Program-made: the position numbers and the translations under genes | IMG/VR virus record: IMGVR_UViG_3300021356_000018 | Location: 223-64,222 of that record | Length of the DNA: 64,000 nt | Strand: one strand, 5' to 3' | DNA from: a virus | Taxonomy: Duplodnaviria; Caudoviricetes | The notes under the pieces: generated by a model | What the model was told of the DNA's origin: nothing | Seen by the model: only the letters and a program-made list of their open reading frames with translations | Databases searched by the model: none | Shown: one piece after another, positions 28,577-38,364 of the stretch | How the letters are laid out: each line of letters opens with the position of its first letter | Position numbering within the stretch: the stretch's first letter is position 1

Positions 28577-28887
28577 TATGCAGCTCTCCTGTTATAACGT
28601 CCTCTGCCAGAGTATCCGACAGCATTGACAGCTTCAAGTGGTGAAAGTTCAGTTGAAACTTTGAGGTATTCCTCAACAGTGTAGTTGTCAACTAAACAGT
28701 TAATCCAAGATTTGTAAGGGAAAGAACCATACTTGTGTCTTGCGATAAAAGCAGGTTTTACTTTGCCTACCCATGATGGGTGACAGTTAGGATGTACTTC
28801 GTCCATAGTCTTAGAACCGATGTAATCGCCTCTGTACATGAGGTACATTCCGTCCCATGTAAATTGTGTTTTGTCAAATCTTGTCAT
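28576..28887 (-). CDS. Hypothetical early protein
   Basis: AAGGA SD; follows a promoter. Confidence 0.7.
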   Translation of the reverse strand: MTRFDKTQFTWDGMYLMYRGDYIGSKTMDEVHPNCHPSWVGKVKPAFIARHKYGSFPYKSWINCLVDNYTVEEYLKVSTELSPLEAVNAVGYSGRGRYNRRAA

Positions 28888-28921
28888 AATAATTCCTTTC
28901 CATTTAATATTTTATGAGACT

Positions 28922-28950
28922 ATTATAACACGCTATTCTACAAATGTCAA
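28922..28950 (-). promoter_or_regulatory. Sigma70-type early promoter
   Basis: TTGACA-N17-TATAAT, extended -10. Confidence 0.9.
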
Positions 28951-28984
28951 CCCTTTTTGTGAAAAAAGTTGAAATTGTTTTAAA

Positions 28985-29512
28985 TTATTTCTTGTCCCAG
29001 TGTTCTTTTAGGACTTCTTGAGCTTTATTAAGTAGTTTTGCGTCAGCTTTCGTTAAGATGTTGAGCATATATTGCTTTTCATGCTTGAAAGCTTTGTGGA
29101 AGAACTTTTGGTCATGCTCGATTATAGATTCGGCATTAGACAAAAGGTCTGCGATTTTAATTGTTTGGGACTCGGCTGGGCCCAAAGCGAAGTGGTCTGC
29201 ATCCATTTTCTTACGGAACGCACGGTTCCCATCGTCTTTTTCAGACACGTTGGTGCAGTAGTGTACATATTCAGCGACTGTATCGCCAAACTTTTCTTTG
29301 ATATCTCTTAATGTAACAGGAGTATCTTCTACGACATCGTGTAGTATAGCTGCAGCTAGCATTTCAGTTGTAGCTTCAACTTCTTTTTCTAGAATGTCTG
29401 CGACTTGAATTGGGTGAACAACATAAGGCTCACCTGTATATTTTCTACGTTGGTCACCATGAGCTTCTATTGCGAACATGGTGGCTTCACTTATTACTTT
29501 TCTGTCTATCAT
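28985..29512 (-). CDS. Stand-alone RelA/SpoT-type HD hydrolase (Mesh1/small alarmone hydrolase-like)
   Basis: AHGDQRRKYTGEPYVVHP, LHDVVEDT, IKIADLLSN; start moved to ATG 29512. Confidence 0.8.
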   Translation of the reverse strand: MIDRKVISEATMFAIEAHGDQRRKYTGEPYVVHPIQVADILEKEVEATTEMLAAAILHDVVEDTPVTLRDIKEKFGDTVAEYVHYCTNVSEKDDGNRAFRKKMDADHFALGPAESQTIKIADLLSNAESIIEHDQKFFHKAFKHEKQYMLNILTKADAKLLNKAQEVLKEHWDKK

Positions 29513-29519
29513 ACTTGTT

Positions 29520-29548
29520 ATTGTAACACGTTCTTTTGTGTTTGTCAA
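29520..29548 (-). promoter_or_regulatory. Sigma70-type early promoter (probably leaderless transcript)
   Basis: TTGACA-N17-TACAAT, 7 nt before ATG. Confidence 0.8.
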
Positions 29549-29551
29549 CCC

Positions 29552-29899
29552 TTAATGTATTGTTTGATTTCCATTCTCAAAAAGTATTTCCAGCATTTCT
29601 GCTGATTCTTCGTAGTGCCCAGACTTTATAATGTCTACAACACTAGGAAATTCTGAATCTGTCATTACTGGTAATGCAGTAAGTTTTTTATATTTGTGAG
29701 GTGCGAACATATCTTTAGCAAAACTGTCTGCTGCAGTTTGTGTTTTAAAAGAACATGCTGTTGTTAAATTAAAAGGATTATTAGATGCAAAACAAGCAAA
29801 GACTCGTCCGTCATCTTCATATCCTAACTCTCGACCATCGTATGTTCCTAAGAACACACCCATGTCTTTATCAGCTAAAATGTATCGTCTCTTTTTCAT
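29552..29899 (-). CDS. Hypothetical protein
   Basis: ORF track; overlaps the upstream gene end. Confidence 0.65.
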   Translation of the reverse strand: MKKRRYILADKDMGVFLGTYDGRELGYEDDGRVFACFASNNPFNLTTACSFKTQTAADSFAKDMFAPHKYKKLTALPVMTDSEFPSVVDIIKSGHYEESAEMLEILFENGNQTIH

Positions 29900-30560
29900 G
29901 CAGTTCTGAATATTTCTCCCTTACAGCTTTAAAGTGTTCTAAATATTCGTTAGTATCAATAATAAACTCTTGTGGGTCATTATCGTCTACACCAATAAGT
30001 ACAACACCTTTTGATATATTCTGTCCAGTAATTTCATTAAATGCTTTTGCATAAAATGAAACTTGCATAAAATAACCAGTAATGTCTTCTTCTTTTTTCA
30101 GTCTGCGAGATGTTTTAAAATCAATAACAGATAACTCTCCGTCATATTCTGCAATACAGTCAACCTGTCCAGCAGTTCTTAATTCATCACTATGAAGAAA
30201 ACACTCTTGGAACCATATATTATTTATCTTTTCATCTATTACGGCTCTCATTGTATTGAACATGTACATATTTGCAGGTTGCACACCCTCTTTCCAATCT
30301 TCTTTATTATCAATATAGTTTTCACATATTTTATGGACAGCTGTTCCTCTACGAGAAGCTTGAGTTGAAATACGATTTGCAACTTCTTCACCTACTCTTT
30401 TTCGCCATGCAATAATTGATGCTTTACTTAAGATACTAAGTACTGTTGTAACAGAAGGATAAGCGTCACCCGCAGGTGTAAAATATCTTCGGCCTTCCTC
30501 TGTTGTTTTTCTTGTTAATGTTGGTAAATCAATACCATGTTCAAAATGCTTAAAAGCCAT
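29871..30560 (-). CDS. PD-(D/E)XK exonuclease (Cas4/lambda-exonuclease-like)
   Basis: YPSVTTVLS, RGTAVH, AGQVDC, IDFKTS, YFMQVSFY. Confidence 0.88.
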   Translation of the reverse strand: MAFKHFEHGIDLPTLTRKTTEEGRRYFTPAGDAYPSVTTVLSILSKASIIAWRKRVGEEVANRISTQASRRGTAVHKICENYIDNKEDWKEGVQPANMYMFNTMRAVIDEKINNIWFQECFLHSDELRTAGQVDCIAEYDGELSVIDFKTSRRLKKEEDITGYFMQVSFYAKAFNEITGQNISKGVVLIGVDDNDPQEFIIDTNEYLEHFKAVREKYSELHEKETIHFS

Positions 30561-30581
30561 AATGTAGTTTCCGTTTTTGTT

Positions 30582-30830
30582 TTATACTATATCAACCGTT
30601 CTGGAATCACCACAAAACTTTTCTCTAAAGCTGTCAGCATGTGCTGCTAATTCAAACATAAATGTATATTCATCAGCATCAACATCGTAGGCATGTGTAA
30701 ACGATCGCTCGGTTACATTTTCTTCAATCCAATTAAAATATTGGTCTGAGTCACTACCTTTTACTTTCACTCTAAAGACTTGTTTTGTTAACCATTTAAG
30801 TCTATAGTCGTCTATTGTTTGTTGTGTCAT
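30582..30830 (-). CDS. Hypothetical protein
   Basis: ORF with AAGGT SD. Confidence 0.65.
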   Translation of the reverse strand: MTQQTIDDYRLKWLTKQVFRVKVKGSDSDQYFNWIEENVTERSFTHAYDVDADEYTFMFELAAHADSFREKFCGDSRTVDIV

Positions 30831-30851
30831 AATTTTGTACCTTAGGAGTTG

Positions 30852-30867
30852 AGGGGCCGAAGCCCCT
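30852..30867 (-). other. C(UUCG)G hairpin after phoH (no U-tract)
   Basis: AGGGGC-TTCG-GCCCCT on the minus strand. Confidence 0.6.
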
Positions 30868-30888
30868 TTGAATCTCTCCTTTTATTTA

Positions 30889-31674
30889 TTATGCTACTGC
30901 AAATTTAGTTGTTCCATAACTCACAGGTGAGTGCACTTGTAATTTACTAGCGCGCTCTTTAGCAATAATATATTCTTTCACTAATCCACTTCTTACGATA
31001 TCTTCAACGCCGAATTTTACTACGCTGAAGCTCTGGATTTTTTCTAGTACTTTCATAAAACTACTAAGACCAGAGACATCGTGTTTGTGTCTAGTTCCTG
31101 CTAAATCATCTTGAGCTGTGTCACCACAGAAGATAATTTTGCTTGTCTCACCAACACGAGTAATAATACTATCTAACTCGTGATACGTCATGCTTTGACA
31201 TTCGTCGACTATAATAATCGAATTATCAAATGTCAATCCTCTCACAAAAGATGAAGTCATAAATTTTACTTGGTTTTTCTGTTTAAGAATTTCCCAGGCA
31301 TCGCCCCGGCCAAATAAATCATTTACTATATCGGCATAAGGTACTGAATAAACTGCTTCTTTTTGAGCTTGTGAACCAGGCATAAAACCTTGTTCTCTTG
31401 TTTGTACAGCCGAGCGTACGATTACAATTTGGTCATATTCATCTTTGTTCATAATATCATTTAGACCAAGGTATAATGCACACATCGTTTTACCTGTTCC
31501 TGCCGTACCAACCGCAGCTATATTATAGCCTGTTCGATAATCATCAAATAATTCTTGTTGAGTATCTGTGATTGGCTGAATGGGTCGCATACTAAATTTT
31601 CTATCTAGTGTTCCGTTACCATTCTTAGCGAGTCTTCGTCTCTCCTTTTGTGAAATACGACGTTGTTTGGACAT
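30889..31674 (-). CDS. phoH: PhoH family ATPase
   Basis: GTAGTGKT, RGLTFDNSIIIVDECQ, GDTAQDDL, DIVRSGLVK. Confidence 0.95.
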   Translation of the reverse strand: MSKQRRISQKERRRLAKNGNGTLDRKFSMRPIQPITDTQQELFDDYRTGYNIAAVGTAGTGKTMCALYLGLNDIMNKDEYDQIVIVRSAVQTREQGFMPGSQAQKEAVYSVPYADIVNDLFGRGDAWEILKQKNQVKFMTSSFVRGLTFDNSIIIVDECQSMTYHELDSIITRVGETSKIIFCGDTAQDDLAGTRHKHDVSGLSSFMKVLEKIQSFSVVKFGVEDIVRSGLVKEYIIAKERASKLQVHSPVSYGTTKFAVA

Positions 31675-31706
31675 ATATAATCTCCTTGTTAATGGAAGAT
31701 AAATTT

Positions 31707-31952
31707 CTATTTCCAGTCATTTATCTTGTTTCCTGTATAGCTTTTGTTATTTTTCATTGACGAAAGTATATCACGAAAACCTTGGTCGGGTTTCATACGA
31801 CCAAGTCGAGCACTGTCAATCACAGGTCGTGCTCCAGAAATTATTTGCTTTAAGTGAGGATTTTCTTTGAGGTAGGGTTCGCGCTCTGAGAGTTTAAGAA
31901 TTTTCTCAAAGGTTTCACCAGTTTCGGTGTTTTGAAATTCGTATGTTGGCAT
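31707..31952 (-). CDS. FmdB-like small protein (Cys-less)
   Basis: MPTYEFQNTETGE; typically found next to phoH in T4-like phages. Confidence 0.65.
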   Translation of the reverse strand: MPTYEFQNTETGETFEKILKLSEREPYLKENPHLKQIISGARPVIDSARLGRMKPDQGFRDILSSMKNNKSYTGNKINDWK

Positions 31953-31986
31953 TAATTAAATATCCAATCTATCATTATTTTATTTA

Positions 31987-32574
31987 TTACTGATTTACTA
32001 TCATTTCGTAGATTTCTTTCCAATTTTTTACTTTTGGAATGGAATCGTTTTTGTAATCAGCATTAAATAAATGTTCAATTAATACTGACCTTAAGCCTAA
32101 ATCATATCCACATTCAGCATTAAGTGGTTTATCTTCAACCCAGATACATCCACTATCTTTATATGGTAATAATCCATCGTCTTTGTCAGCCCCACAGTCC
32201 AAACAGACAATCTTTTCAAACACAGCTGGTCCAAAAAGTTTTTCTAAATTTTGTTGTCTGAGTTTCCCAGCGTAATAATCAGTACTTAAGCTGGTTATAC
32301 AATGAAAGATATATCCTTCATCGTGTAATCTTTTAACATATTTGATTGCATCACGCAACCCTGGTAGAAATCCAATCCTTGCTGATTCGTTGAATTGTCT
32401 TACCAATTTTTTACTTTCATCTTTTGTTATTCCGAAAGTTTCTGCTACATCGTAAACACCTTCTGTTGCAACTTCGTAGCCGTTTTCTGACATCCATTTA
32501 TAGAATGCGTATTTCCAGTCTAGTAGTACGCCATCGCAATCTACTAGTATTAATTTATCAGTTCTATGGTCCAT
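31987..32574 (-). CDS. HAD-superfamily hydrolase (T4 30.2-like)
   Basis: LVDCDGVLLDW, ITSL, WVEDKP. Confidence 0.85.
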   Translation of the reverse strand: MDHRTDKLILVDCDGVLLDWKYAFYKWMSENGYEVATEGVYDVAETFGITKDESKKLVRQFNESARIGFLPGLRDAIKYVKRLHDEGYIFHCITSLSTDYYAGKLRQQNLEKLFGPAVFEKIVCLDCGADKDDGLLPYKDSGCIWVEDKPLNAECGYDLGLRSVLIEHLFNADYKNDSIPKVKNWKEIYEMIVNQ

Positions 32575-32604
32575 AATTTATCCTTTTCCTATTCATTATT
32601 AGAT

Positions 32605-32633
32605 ATTGTAACATGTTTTTATGCATTTGTCAA
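32605..32633 (-). promoter_or_regulatory. Sigma70-type early promoter
   Basis: TTGACA-N17-TACAAT, extended -10. Confidence 0.8.
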
Positions 32634-32636
32634 CCC

Positions 32637-33434
32637 CTATTTGAATAGTCCTTCAATGTCCCAGTTTGTTACATACTGGTCAATTTCAGGCTCACCAGTC
32701 CAAGTTATTTCCCTGTTATAGGGATTATATTTGTCACCTGAAAAGTAATCCTCGTAACAAACCAGTTCACCTGGTACCATACTATATAGCTTGGCCATAT
32801 TGTCATAATTCTCAGTTAATTGAGTAACTAGAGAGCGCATTGACATGGTCGTTTTTGCATGGAATACTGGGTCGTCTGGGTCCATTGTTGCTTTATAAGG
32901 CTCTTTTGTTTTACCATAAGTGCCACGATGTAATTGTAGCATTCTCTTATAATAATCATTTTCTGGCGTTAAATGAGTTAATGCTACATTTGTAATAAAC
33001 CCAGTATGGCCGAATGAGCCATCACGCCGAACTGCTAACCAACTTTTAATTTGTGCTCTAAAGTCACGACGATACAAATAGTAAACTTTATCAGCATGTT
33101 CTAAAATAGTTTTTATTTGAAATAAGTCGGCTTCTGTCTTATAATTAAATCGCTTATGGAAATGGCTAGGCATAATTTTATAACATGCTTTTGCACCAAA
33201 TCTTAACTCATCAAATATATTCCAGTTACTTAAAGCAAGATTAGCAATGTTTGCATCTTTGTATTTAAATTTTTTATTGAAATCATCGGGCGTCAATAGT
33301 TTACCAATACTGTGAGGTCTCTCGTGAGAAAATAATTCACCTTTATATGGCAAATCATATTCTTCTGCTTTGTTTAATGTAAAGCTTGTGCTACCTGTAC
33401 GAAAGTTTGTTACGACAACAACATTATTGGTCAT
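32637..33434 (-). CDS. Sulfotransferase-like protein (Stf0-type)
   Basis: 5'-PSB loop FRTGST, GELF, YKIMP, 3'-PB motif YLYRRD....S, C-terminal YED. Confidence 0.65.
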   Translation of the reverse strand: MTNNVVVVTNFRTGSTSFTLNKAEEYDLPYKGELFSHERPHSIGKLLTPDDFNKKFKYKDANIANLALSNWNIFDELRFGAKACYKIMPSHFHKRFNYKTEADLFQIKTILEHADKVYYLYRRDFRAQIKSWLAVRRDGSFGHTGFITNVALTHLTPENDYYKRMLQLHRGTYGKTKEPYKATMDPDDPVFHAKTTMSMRSLVTQLTENYDNMAKLYSMVPGELVCYEDYFSGDKYNPYNREITWTGEPEIDQYVTNWDIEGLFK

Positions 33435-33567
33435 ACTTATCTTTTAATCTTTGCCTGCGCTTTGTTTGTCTACGCTTGTTTTTGCGTTTCTCATTTAGAC
33501 GGTCTTCTTTACGAGGGTCTTGTCCCCAGCCGTCACCTTTGCGATAATCTCTAAATCGCTTAGGCAT
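33424..33567 (-). CDS. 47-aa highly basic protein (not in the ORF track)
   Basis: AAGGA SD; MPKRFRDYRKGDGWGQDPRKEDRLNEKRKNKRRQTKRRQR... Confidence 0.6.
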   Translation of the reverse strand: MPKRFRDYRKGDGWGQDPRKEDRLNEKRKNKRRQTKRRQRLKDKYDQ

Positions 33568-33580
33568 AGTTGCATTCCTT

Positions 33581-34021
33581 CTATCGCATATCCATCGGAG
33601 TTGTTAGTAAGTCTGGGAAAGCTTCTAACAGAGTTGGTAAGGTTAATCCTTTAACTTTAGTATGTGACAACATATTATGAGCTAGTAATCCAGCATCGTC
33701 ATTGTCAATATCTTCTAAAAGTTTAATGAATAATTGCTCACGCTTAATTGGTTTCATATCATCGTAACCACCACCTTTAATGAAGATTTTTAAGCGTCTT
33801 GCTTCTCTATAAAGCATAGTTTTTGCTTCATCTTCAAATTGGTTTGTTTTCCAAGGTGGAGCAGTATCGGGTAACAAGAACTCAATACTCTCGTCGTATA
33901 TTAAACGCAATACATTGCGGAAAGGTACATTGTCATTCTCACGAAGCCATGCAACCTTATCAGCTTTTGTTTTCTTTTTTGGAAGTTCAGATAGAACTTC
34001 GGACATAGATAATCTAATCAT
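33581..34021 (-). CDS. Conserved T4-like phage protein (DUF6433-like)
   Basis: LPDTAPPW, LYREARRL, KREQLFIKLLE; follows rnh. Confidence 0.7.
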   Translation of the reverse strand: MIRLSMSEVLSELPKKKTKADKVAWLRENDNVPFRNVLRLIYDESIEFLLPDTAPPWKTNQFEDEAKTMLYREARRLKIFIKGGGYDDMKPIKREQLFIKLLEDIDNDDAGLLAHNMLSHTKVKGLTLPTLLEAFPDLLTTPMDMR

Positions 34022-34022
34022 T

Positions 34023-34880
34023 TTAAAAATCCTGTATATCTGTAATCAAGTTTTTCAACTTTTTCTTAACAAAGAAATTAAAGAGATGTTCACGACCAAT
34101 TTCTTTGTCTATATTAAATTGCTCAAGAATTTTGTCTTTGAACTCTTGAGGTACCAAGCTCAGGTCAATCATTTGCTTGTTTCTGTTTAAACGCAGTTTT
34201 GTCTCTTCGTCCATTGTCTCTGGCTCAGTTAAAAACTGTGTTAATCTTTTCTTAGTCATTGGTCTTTGTCTTTCACCAATAGCTAAACAATTGTCAGCAC
34301 TAAGTATATTAGGGATGCCATCTCCAACATCGCCTTTTAATATGTGCTCTTCTAAGTATTTATTTGGATCGTTATGTCTTACCCATTTTTTCATTACAGG
34401 ATTGTATTGGTCAACATTCCCATAAGTCTGTAATTGGATAAAGTCTTTGTCACCAGAAAGAATTAGAATTTTTTCAGCTCCTGTATTCATCACAGTACCA
34501 TATTCATGTACTAATGTAGCAATAATATCATCAGCTTCACAGCGTTCTATATTGATAACTTTGTAAGGAAAAAATTCTTCAATCTCTTGTCTGATTCCAT
34601 GGATAACTTCAAAGAGTTTATTCCAATCCATTTCAGAAGCATCACGACCTTTTTTACGATTAGCTTTATAATAAGGGAAATAGTCACGTCGCCATACGTC
34701 TTTGTTATCGCAACATAAAACAATCTCACCGTATTCTTCAGAGAATTTTTTACGATTAAATCGAATTGAATTTAAGAACATATGACGAATAAGATTCTCG
34801 TCTGGTTCCACATTGTGGTGGTTGCCTATACTCGCAAAGAGTGAAGCTAACATCACCTGGTTGTAGTCTACTAATATCAT
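34023..34880 (-). CDS. rnh: T4-type RNase H / 5'-3' exonuclease
   Basis: ILVDYNQ, YKANR, EADDII, SGDKDFIQL, GDVGDGIPN. Confidence 0.95.
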   Translation of the reverse strand: MILVDYNQVMLASLFASIGNHHNVEPDENLIRHMFLNSIRFNRKKFSEEYGEIVLCCDNKDVWRRDYFPYYKANRKKGRDASEMDWNKLFEVIHGIRQEIEEFFPYKVINIERCEADDIIATLVHEYGTVMNTGAEKILILSGDKDFIQLQTYGNVDQYNPVMKKWVRHNDPNKYLEEHILKGDVGDGIPNILSADNCLAIGERQRPMTKKRLTQFLTEPETMDEETKLRLNRNKQMIDLSLVPQEFKDKILEQFNIDKEIGREHLFNFFVKKKLKNLITDIQDF

Positions 34881-34909
34881 AATTTTACCATAATTTAATT
34901 TAAGAGTAT

Positions 34910-34938
34910 ATTATATCATACTTCTTCGTCGTTGTCAA
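34910..34938 (-). promoter_or_regulatory. Sigma70-type promoter overlapping the end of the upstream CDS
   Basis: TTGACA-N17-TATAAT; -35 lies within the GVDN codons. Confidence 0.85.
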
Positions 34939-35296
34939 CCCCTATGTCGAGCGTAGTTTTTAGTCCGCCTACAGTATGAGCCCCATCTGACTCAAGTACT
35001 ACTACATTCTTATTAGCAAACTCATGTAGTGGGTGGTCGACATCTAATGTTTTCAAATGTAAAGCTTTGATACTTTCAAATACAAGAATCATACTCGGAA
35101 AGTATTTTTCTATATCTGAGTCAAAGTCACAATTAGCGCGCGCCATTTCATGTAGCACATTTTCCCAAATAATTTCAGATAAATCGTTCGCATAATTTTC
35201 TTTATATGTGTTTAATTTATCTTTAACTTCACCCGCTGTCATTGGCGGGTCTGAAATTAGCCTAGGAAACTGTACGACGTTATCCTTGTCCGCCAT
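34916..35296 (-). CDS. Hypothetical protein
   Basis: DNVVQFP N-terminus; AAGGA SD. Confidence 0.7.
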   Translation of the reverse strand: MADKDNVVQFPRLISDPPMTAGEVKDKLNTYKENYANDLSEIIWENVLHEMARANCDFDSDIEKYFPSMILVFESIKALHLKTLDVDHPLHEFANKNVVVLESDGAHTVGGLKTTLDIGVDNDEEV

Positions 35297-36242
35297 TAGT
35301 TAAGTTCCTTAAAATTGTGTTCCACATTACTTGGAATGACTGAACACTGTTTCTTGCGAGATTAAACCTATCTGAATAGGTAAATCCATTAAAATATCCT
35401 GGATTCTGTTTCATGCTTTCTAGCACTTGTCTTACAACTGAGAATGCATAGTTTGCATGAACTTGTGGGTCTTCGTTCCAGTCATACATGATCGTTGCAT
35501 TCTGTGCTGTTTCAGGTAATGCACCATAATTTGGATGGATACAAATAACCTGACTTTTAATTGCTTCAATAAGAGCAATACATGAAGTTTCTTTCCATAT
35601 ATTTGGATATAAGAAAATATGAGCATCATCAAGCGCAGCAAGAACTTCTTCGTTAGATTTTACTCCGTGATATGTCATATTTGGATGTGCTTCAATTGTT
35701 GCAAATAAACCTTTATAAGCTTCATTGCGTTGTTCCCATCCATAAATTTCAAAACCAGAGTAAACATCTAAATGAATGTTATCGTATTGCTTACTCAATG
35801 CATCAAAGATTGGTACTAATAATTCCAATCCACGATGTGGTGTTGTGTGATAGATGAACTTAACTGTGTCTGTATTTTTCTCTGTTGGTGCAAATTGCTT
35901 TTCAACAGCATTATAAATCACAGTACATTTACTGTATGGAATTCCAAAGCGAACGATGTATTGGTCACGTTGCCATGCTGATACAAAAACAAAATGGTCA
36001 AACTTTTCCCAACCACCATCTAATAAGATTTTATTCTCTGGGTCTTCTGCCAAATCGTGGCACCATAAAATATTTAATACATCATCTTTCAATTCACGAG
36101 GTCTACTCAAGTGAACAGCAACTTTTTCTTGTAGGTCTTTATCTACGAGGTCAACAAAACGTTGCCTCATCATTTCAGTTCCGCCTTTAGCGTTACCTGA
36201 TTGTTCGGAGTCGATTACTTCTCCTTTATACACGCAACTCAT
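35280..36242 (-). CDS. GT-B glycosyltransferase (GT4-like)
   Basis: GGTE, WCHDL, FVSAWQ, TPHRGL, ETSCIALIEA, GALPET. Confidence 0.88.
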   Translation of the reverse strand: MSCVYKGEVIDSEQSGNAKGGTEMMRQRFVDLVDKDLQEKVAVHLSRPRELKDDVLNILWCHDLAEDPENKILLDGGWEKFDHFVFVSAWQRDQYIVRFGIPYSKCTVIYNAVEKQFAPTEKNTDTVKFIYHTTPHRGLELLVPIFDALSKQYDNIHLDVYSGFEIYGWEQRNEAYKGLFATIEAHPNMTYHGVKSNEEVLAALDDAHIFLYPNIWKETSCIALIEAIKSQVICIHPNYGALPETAQNATIMYDWNEDPQVHANYAFSVVRQVLESMKQNPGYFNGFTYSDRFNLARNSVQSFQVMWNTILRNLTNGGQG

Positions 36243-36426
36243 TTTCTACTTTCTCCAATTTTTCATTCACAGACTTCTTTAGTGAATCTGCATAATCTCT
36301 TAATGTATTGATAGTCGTATACAAGTATCCTTGTGCTTGTCTACCATCAATTTGCTTTTCTAAATCGCTAATTACAATTTGTACTGCGCATAGTTTTTCT
36401 AAATCATTCATATTTCGCTTCCTCAT
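36226..36426 (-). CDS. Hypothetical protein
   Basis: Overlap-coupled ORF; start probably the second Met. Confidence 0.55.
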   Translation of the reverse strand: MRKRNMNDLEKLCAVQIVISDLEKQIDGRQAQGYLYTTINTLRDYADSLKKSVNEKLEKVENELRV

Positions 36427-37195
36427 AAATTTCAGTTAATGATTTTGTTGAGCCTTTTTTTCTCCACCAATCTGTTAAAAATTCGTAAGAGTAAATAGCA
36501 CTCTGTGCTTGTTGGTTATAATAATATATATTCTTCGAACGAAAGTCGATTACATTCTGATTGAACAGTGGAAATGTATACACTGGTCCAAATCCGTGCA
36601 TCACGTTGTTTTCAAATGATGGTGGAGCACCTAATGGCATTTTATAGTGAATTGCAAGTGATTGGTTGTTTTCTGTTTCAATAAAATAATAATCAATAAT
36701 CTTTTTAGCGTATTCACGCTTTAATGCATAACACTGTAAACCGTGGTCCCATAAATTACGACGACGAATATTCATTGGTGGATATTCAGTATCTTTATCG
36801 TAGGGATATTCAAATACATTACACAGATGTAATGCTCCCCACTCTACTTCAATACCTTCAATAAATTCCATGAGTGTAAAGTTCCAATGCTTTACAGGCT
36901 CAAAGTCTACATCATCTTCAAAGAATAAACCAATCTCTTCGTTAGTATTTTCGTACCACCATTTGATTGTAAGTAAATGAGATGATGTAACACCTTTGGT
37001 CATTATTTCTAATAACCCTGGTTCACCAATGAATCCTATAGAATTTTTATTGTATCGCTCATAGACATGAACATGTATGTTGTCTACTCCGAGCTTTGCA
37101 AATTCTTTTTCTGTATATGATTTACGTTCGGGACAATCAATCAGATTGATTATGTTCGGTGTCGGTATCTTCTCTAATTTCTGTGTTAGCTTCAA
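36404..37195 (-). CDS. Glycosyltransferase family 25-like
   Basis: IINL...ERK, GVTSSHL, FFEDDV, CYAL....AKKI. Confidence 0.75.
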   Translation of the reverse strand: MKLTQKLEKIPTPNIINLIDCPERKSYTEKEFAKLGVDNIHVHVYERYNKNSIGFIGEPGLLEIMTKGVTSSHLLTIKWWYENTNEEIGLFFEDDVDFEPVKHWNFTLMEFIEGIEVEWGALHLCNVFEYPYDKDTEYPPMNIRRRNLWDHGLQCYALKREYAKKIIDYYFIETENNQSLAIHYKMPLGAPPSFENNVMHGFGPVYTFPLFNQNVIDFRSKNIYYYNQQAQSAIYSYEFLTDWWRKKGSTKSLTEIYEEAKYE

Positions 37196-37820
37196 TTTTA
37201 TAATCTTCGTTTAGTTCATTGTAAATATCAGTTAGAATACTATGGAAGTTTCTGACTGAGCCATTATTATGTACACGATATGTCTTGATGTTCATTTCTT
37301 CTTCAAGCACATAAGCACCGTCAATAGGTGTTTCGTAATTGATTGTGTATTCTTTTATTAGATTACCATTAAAGTATCTACGACTATCTGAAGAATAATC
37401 ATGACCATCTCTTGTAATCTGAACAATTACAATATTTTCTCTACCGACTTTTTCGATGAGTGGTTTGAGTTCTTCTACAAATCCACCATCTGCAACTGCA
37501 TAATGTACTTCATCTTCAATTTCGTCTGCTACCAATTTGCCAAAATAATCTAAACCTTTCTTTGGCTTCATTACATTTTCAGATACATGTATCATTGCTT
37601 CTCTTCGCGAATGGTCACCAAGAGCATGTTCTACAATTTCTTTTTGGTCTCTGTCATTATAACCTTGCATAAACCAATCTTTATCGACACCAAAAAACTC
37701 AATCGTTTCTTTGAACAATTGATGTTTAAAACTTAATGATTTAAAGCCAAACATCTCTTTATATAAAGATGCAGCTTCGTCTTTACCACTGCCTGGTGGT
37801 CCGTTAAATATTACTATCAT
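37137..37820 (-). CDS. Deoxynucleoside monophosphate kinase-like P-loop protein
   Basis: FNGPPGSGKD, SFKHQL, ADGGF; start moved to ATG 37820. Confidence 0.75.
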   Translation of the reverse strand: MIVIFNGPPGSGKDEAASLYKEMFGFKSLSFKHQLFKETIEFFGVDKDWFMQGYNDRDQKEIVEHALGDHSRREAMIHVSENVMKPKKGLDYFGKLVADEIEDEVHYAVADGGFVEELKPLIEKVGRENIVIVQITRDGHDYSSDSRRYFNGNLIKEYTINYETPIDGAYVLEEEMNIKTYRVHNNGSVRNFHSILTDIYNELNEDYKIEANTEIREDTDTEHNQSD

Positions 37821-38364
37821 TTTCTTTTCCGTTAAAAAATCCGAATTTTGCGATATAATAAGCATCAACAATATCAGATATTGGATTATATCCTTTTATT
37901 ATATCAAGTTTGACACGAATGTCAACCCCTGTTTCTTCTTTAAAGGAATCTAACATCATGTCTTTATTTGCATTACCTTTACCAGTTGCAAACTTTTTAA
38001 TTTCTGTAGGAGCAGGTACTGTGTACTCTATTCCTTTTTCCCAGAGTTTGTATTTAAGGAGTCCTGCGTTTTCTGCAATTTGGAAGACTCTTCCGACTGC
38101 TCCAAAGGCATATCCTTCAATAGCAACTCTACTACATCCGGCGGTAGATATCCAGTGTAAACTCCACTCGGCCAAATTATTGAAGCGCTCACAGTCCTCG
38201 CTCCATTCTGGATAAACTGTGCAATTATAGTTTTCAGCTTCTCTAATCTTTTTCTCATTTGGCACCATGTAATAAAATTTGCAATTTGAATAACTCCACT
38301 CTTCGCCTGAATGTACACAAACTGCAGGTGATGTTAAACTGTAATCTACTCCTGCAACGACCAT
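37804..38364 (-). CDS. RuvC-like nuclease/resolvase
   Basis: AGVDYSLTSPA, AIEGYAF, PTEIKKFATGKGNANK, DIVDAY. Confidence 0.8.
   Translation of the reverse strand: MVVAGVDYSLTSPAVCVHSGEEWSYSNCKFYYMVPNEKKIREAENYNCTVYPEWSEDCERFNNLAEWSLHWISTAGCSRVAIEGYAFGAVGRVFQIAENAGLLKYKLWEKGIEYTVPAPTEIKKFATGKGNANKDMMLDSFKEETGVDIRVKLDIIKGYNPISDIVDAYYIAKFGFFNGKENDSNI

Noticed and set aside
29871-30560. Cas4-like nuclease as a sign of CRISPR
   Set aside because: No repeat-spacer array or other cas genes seen; stand-alone exonucleases of this type are common in T4-like phages
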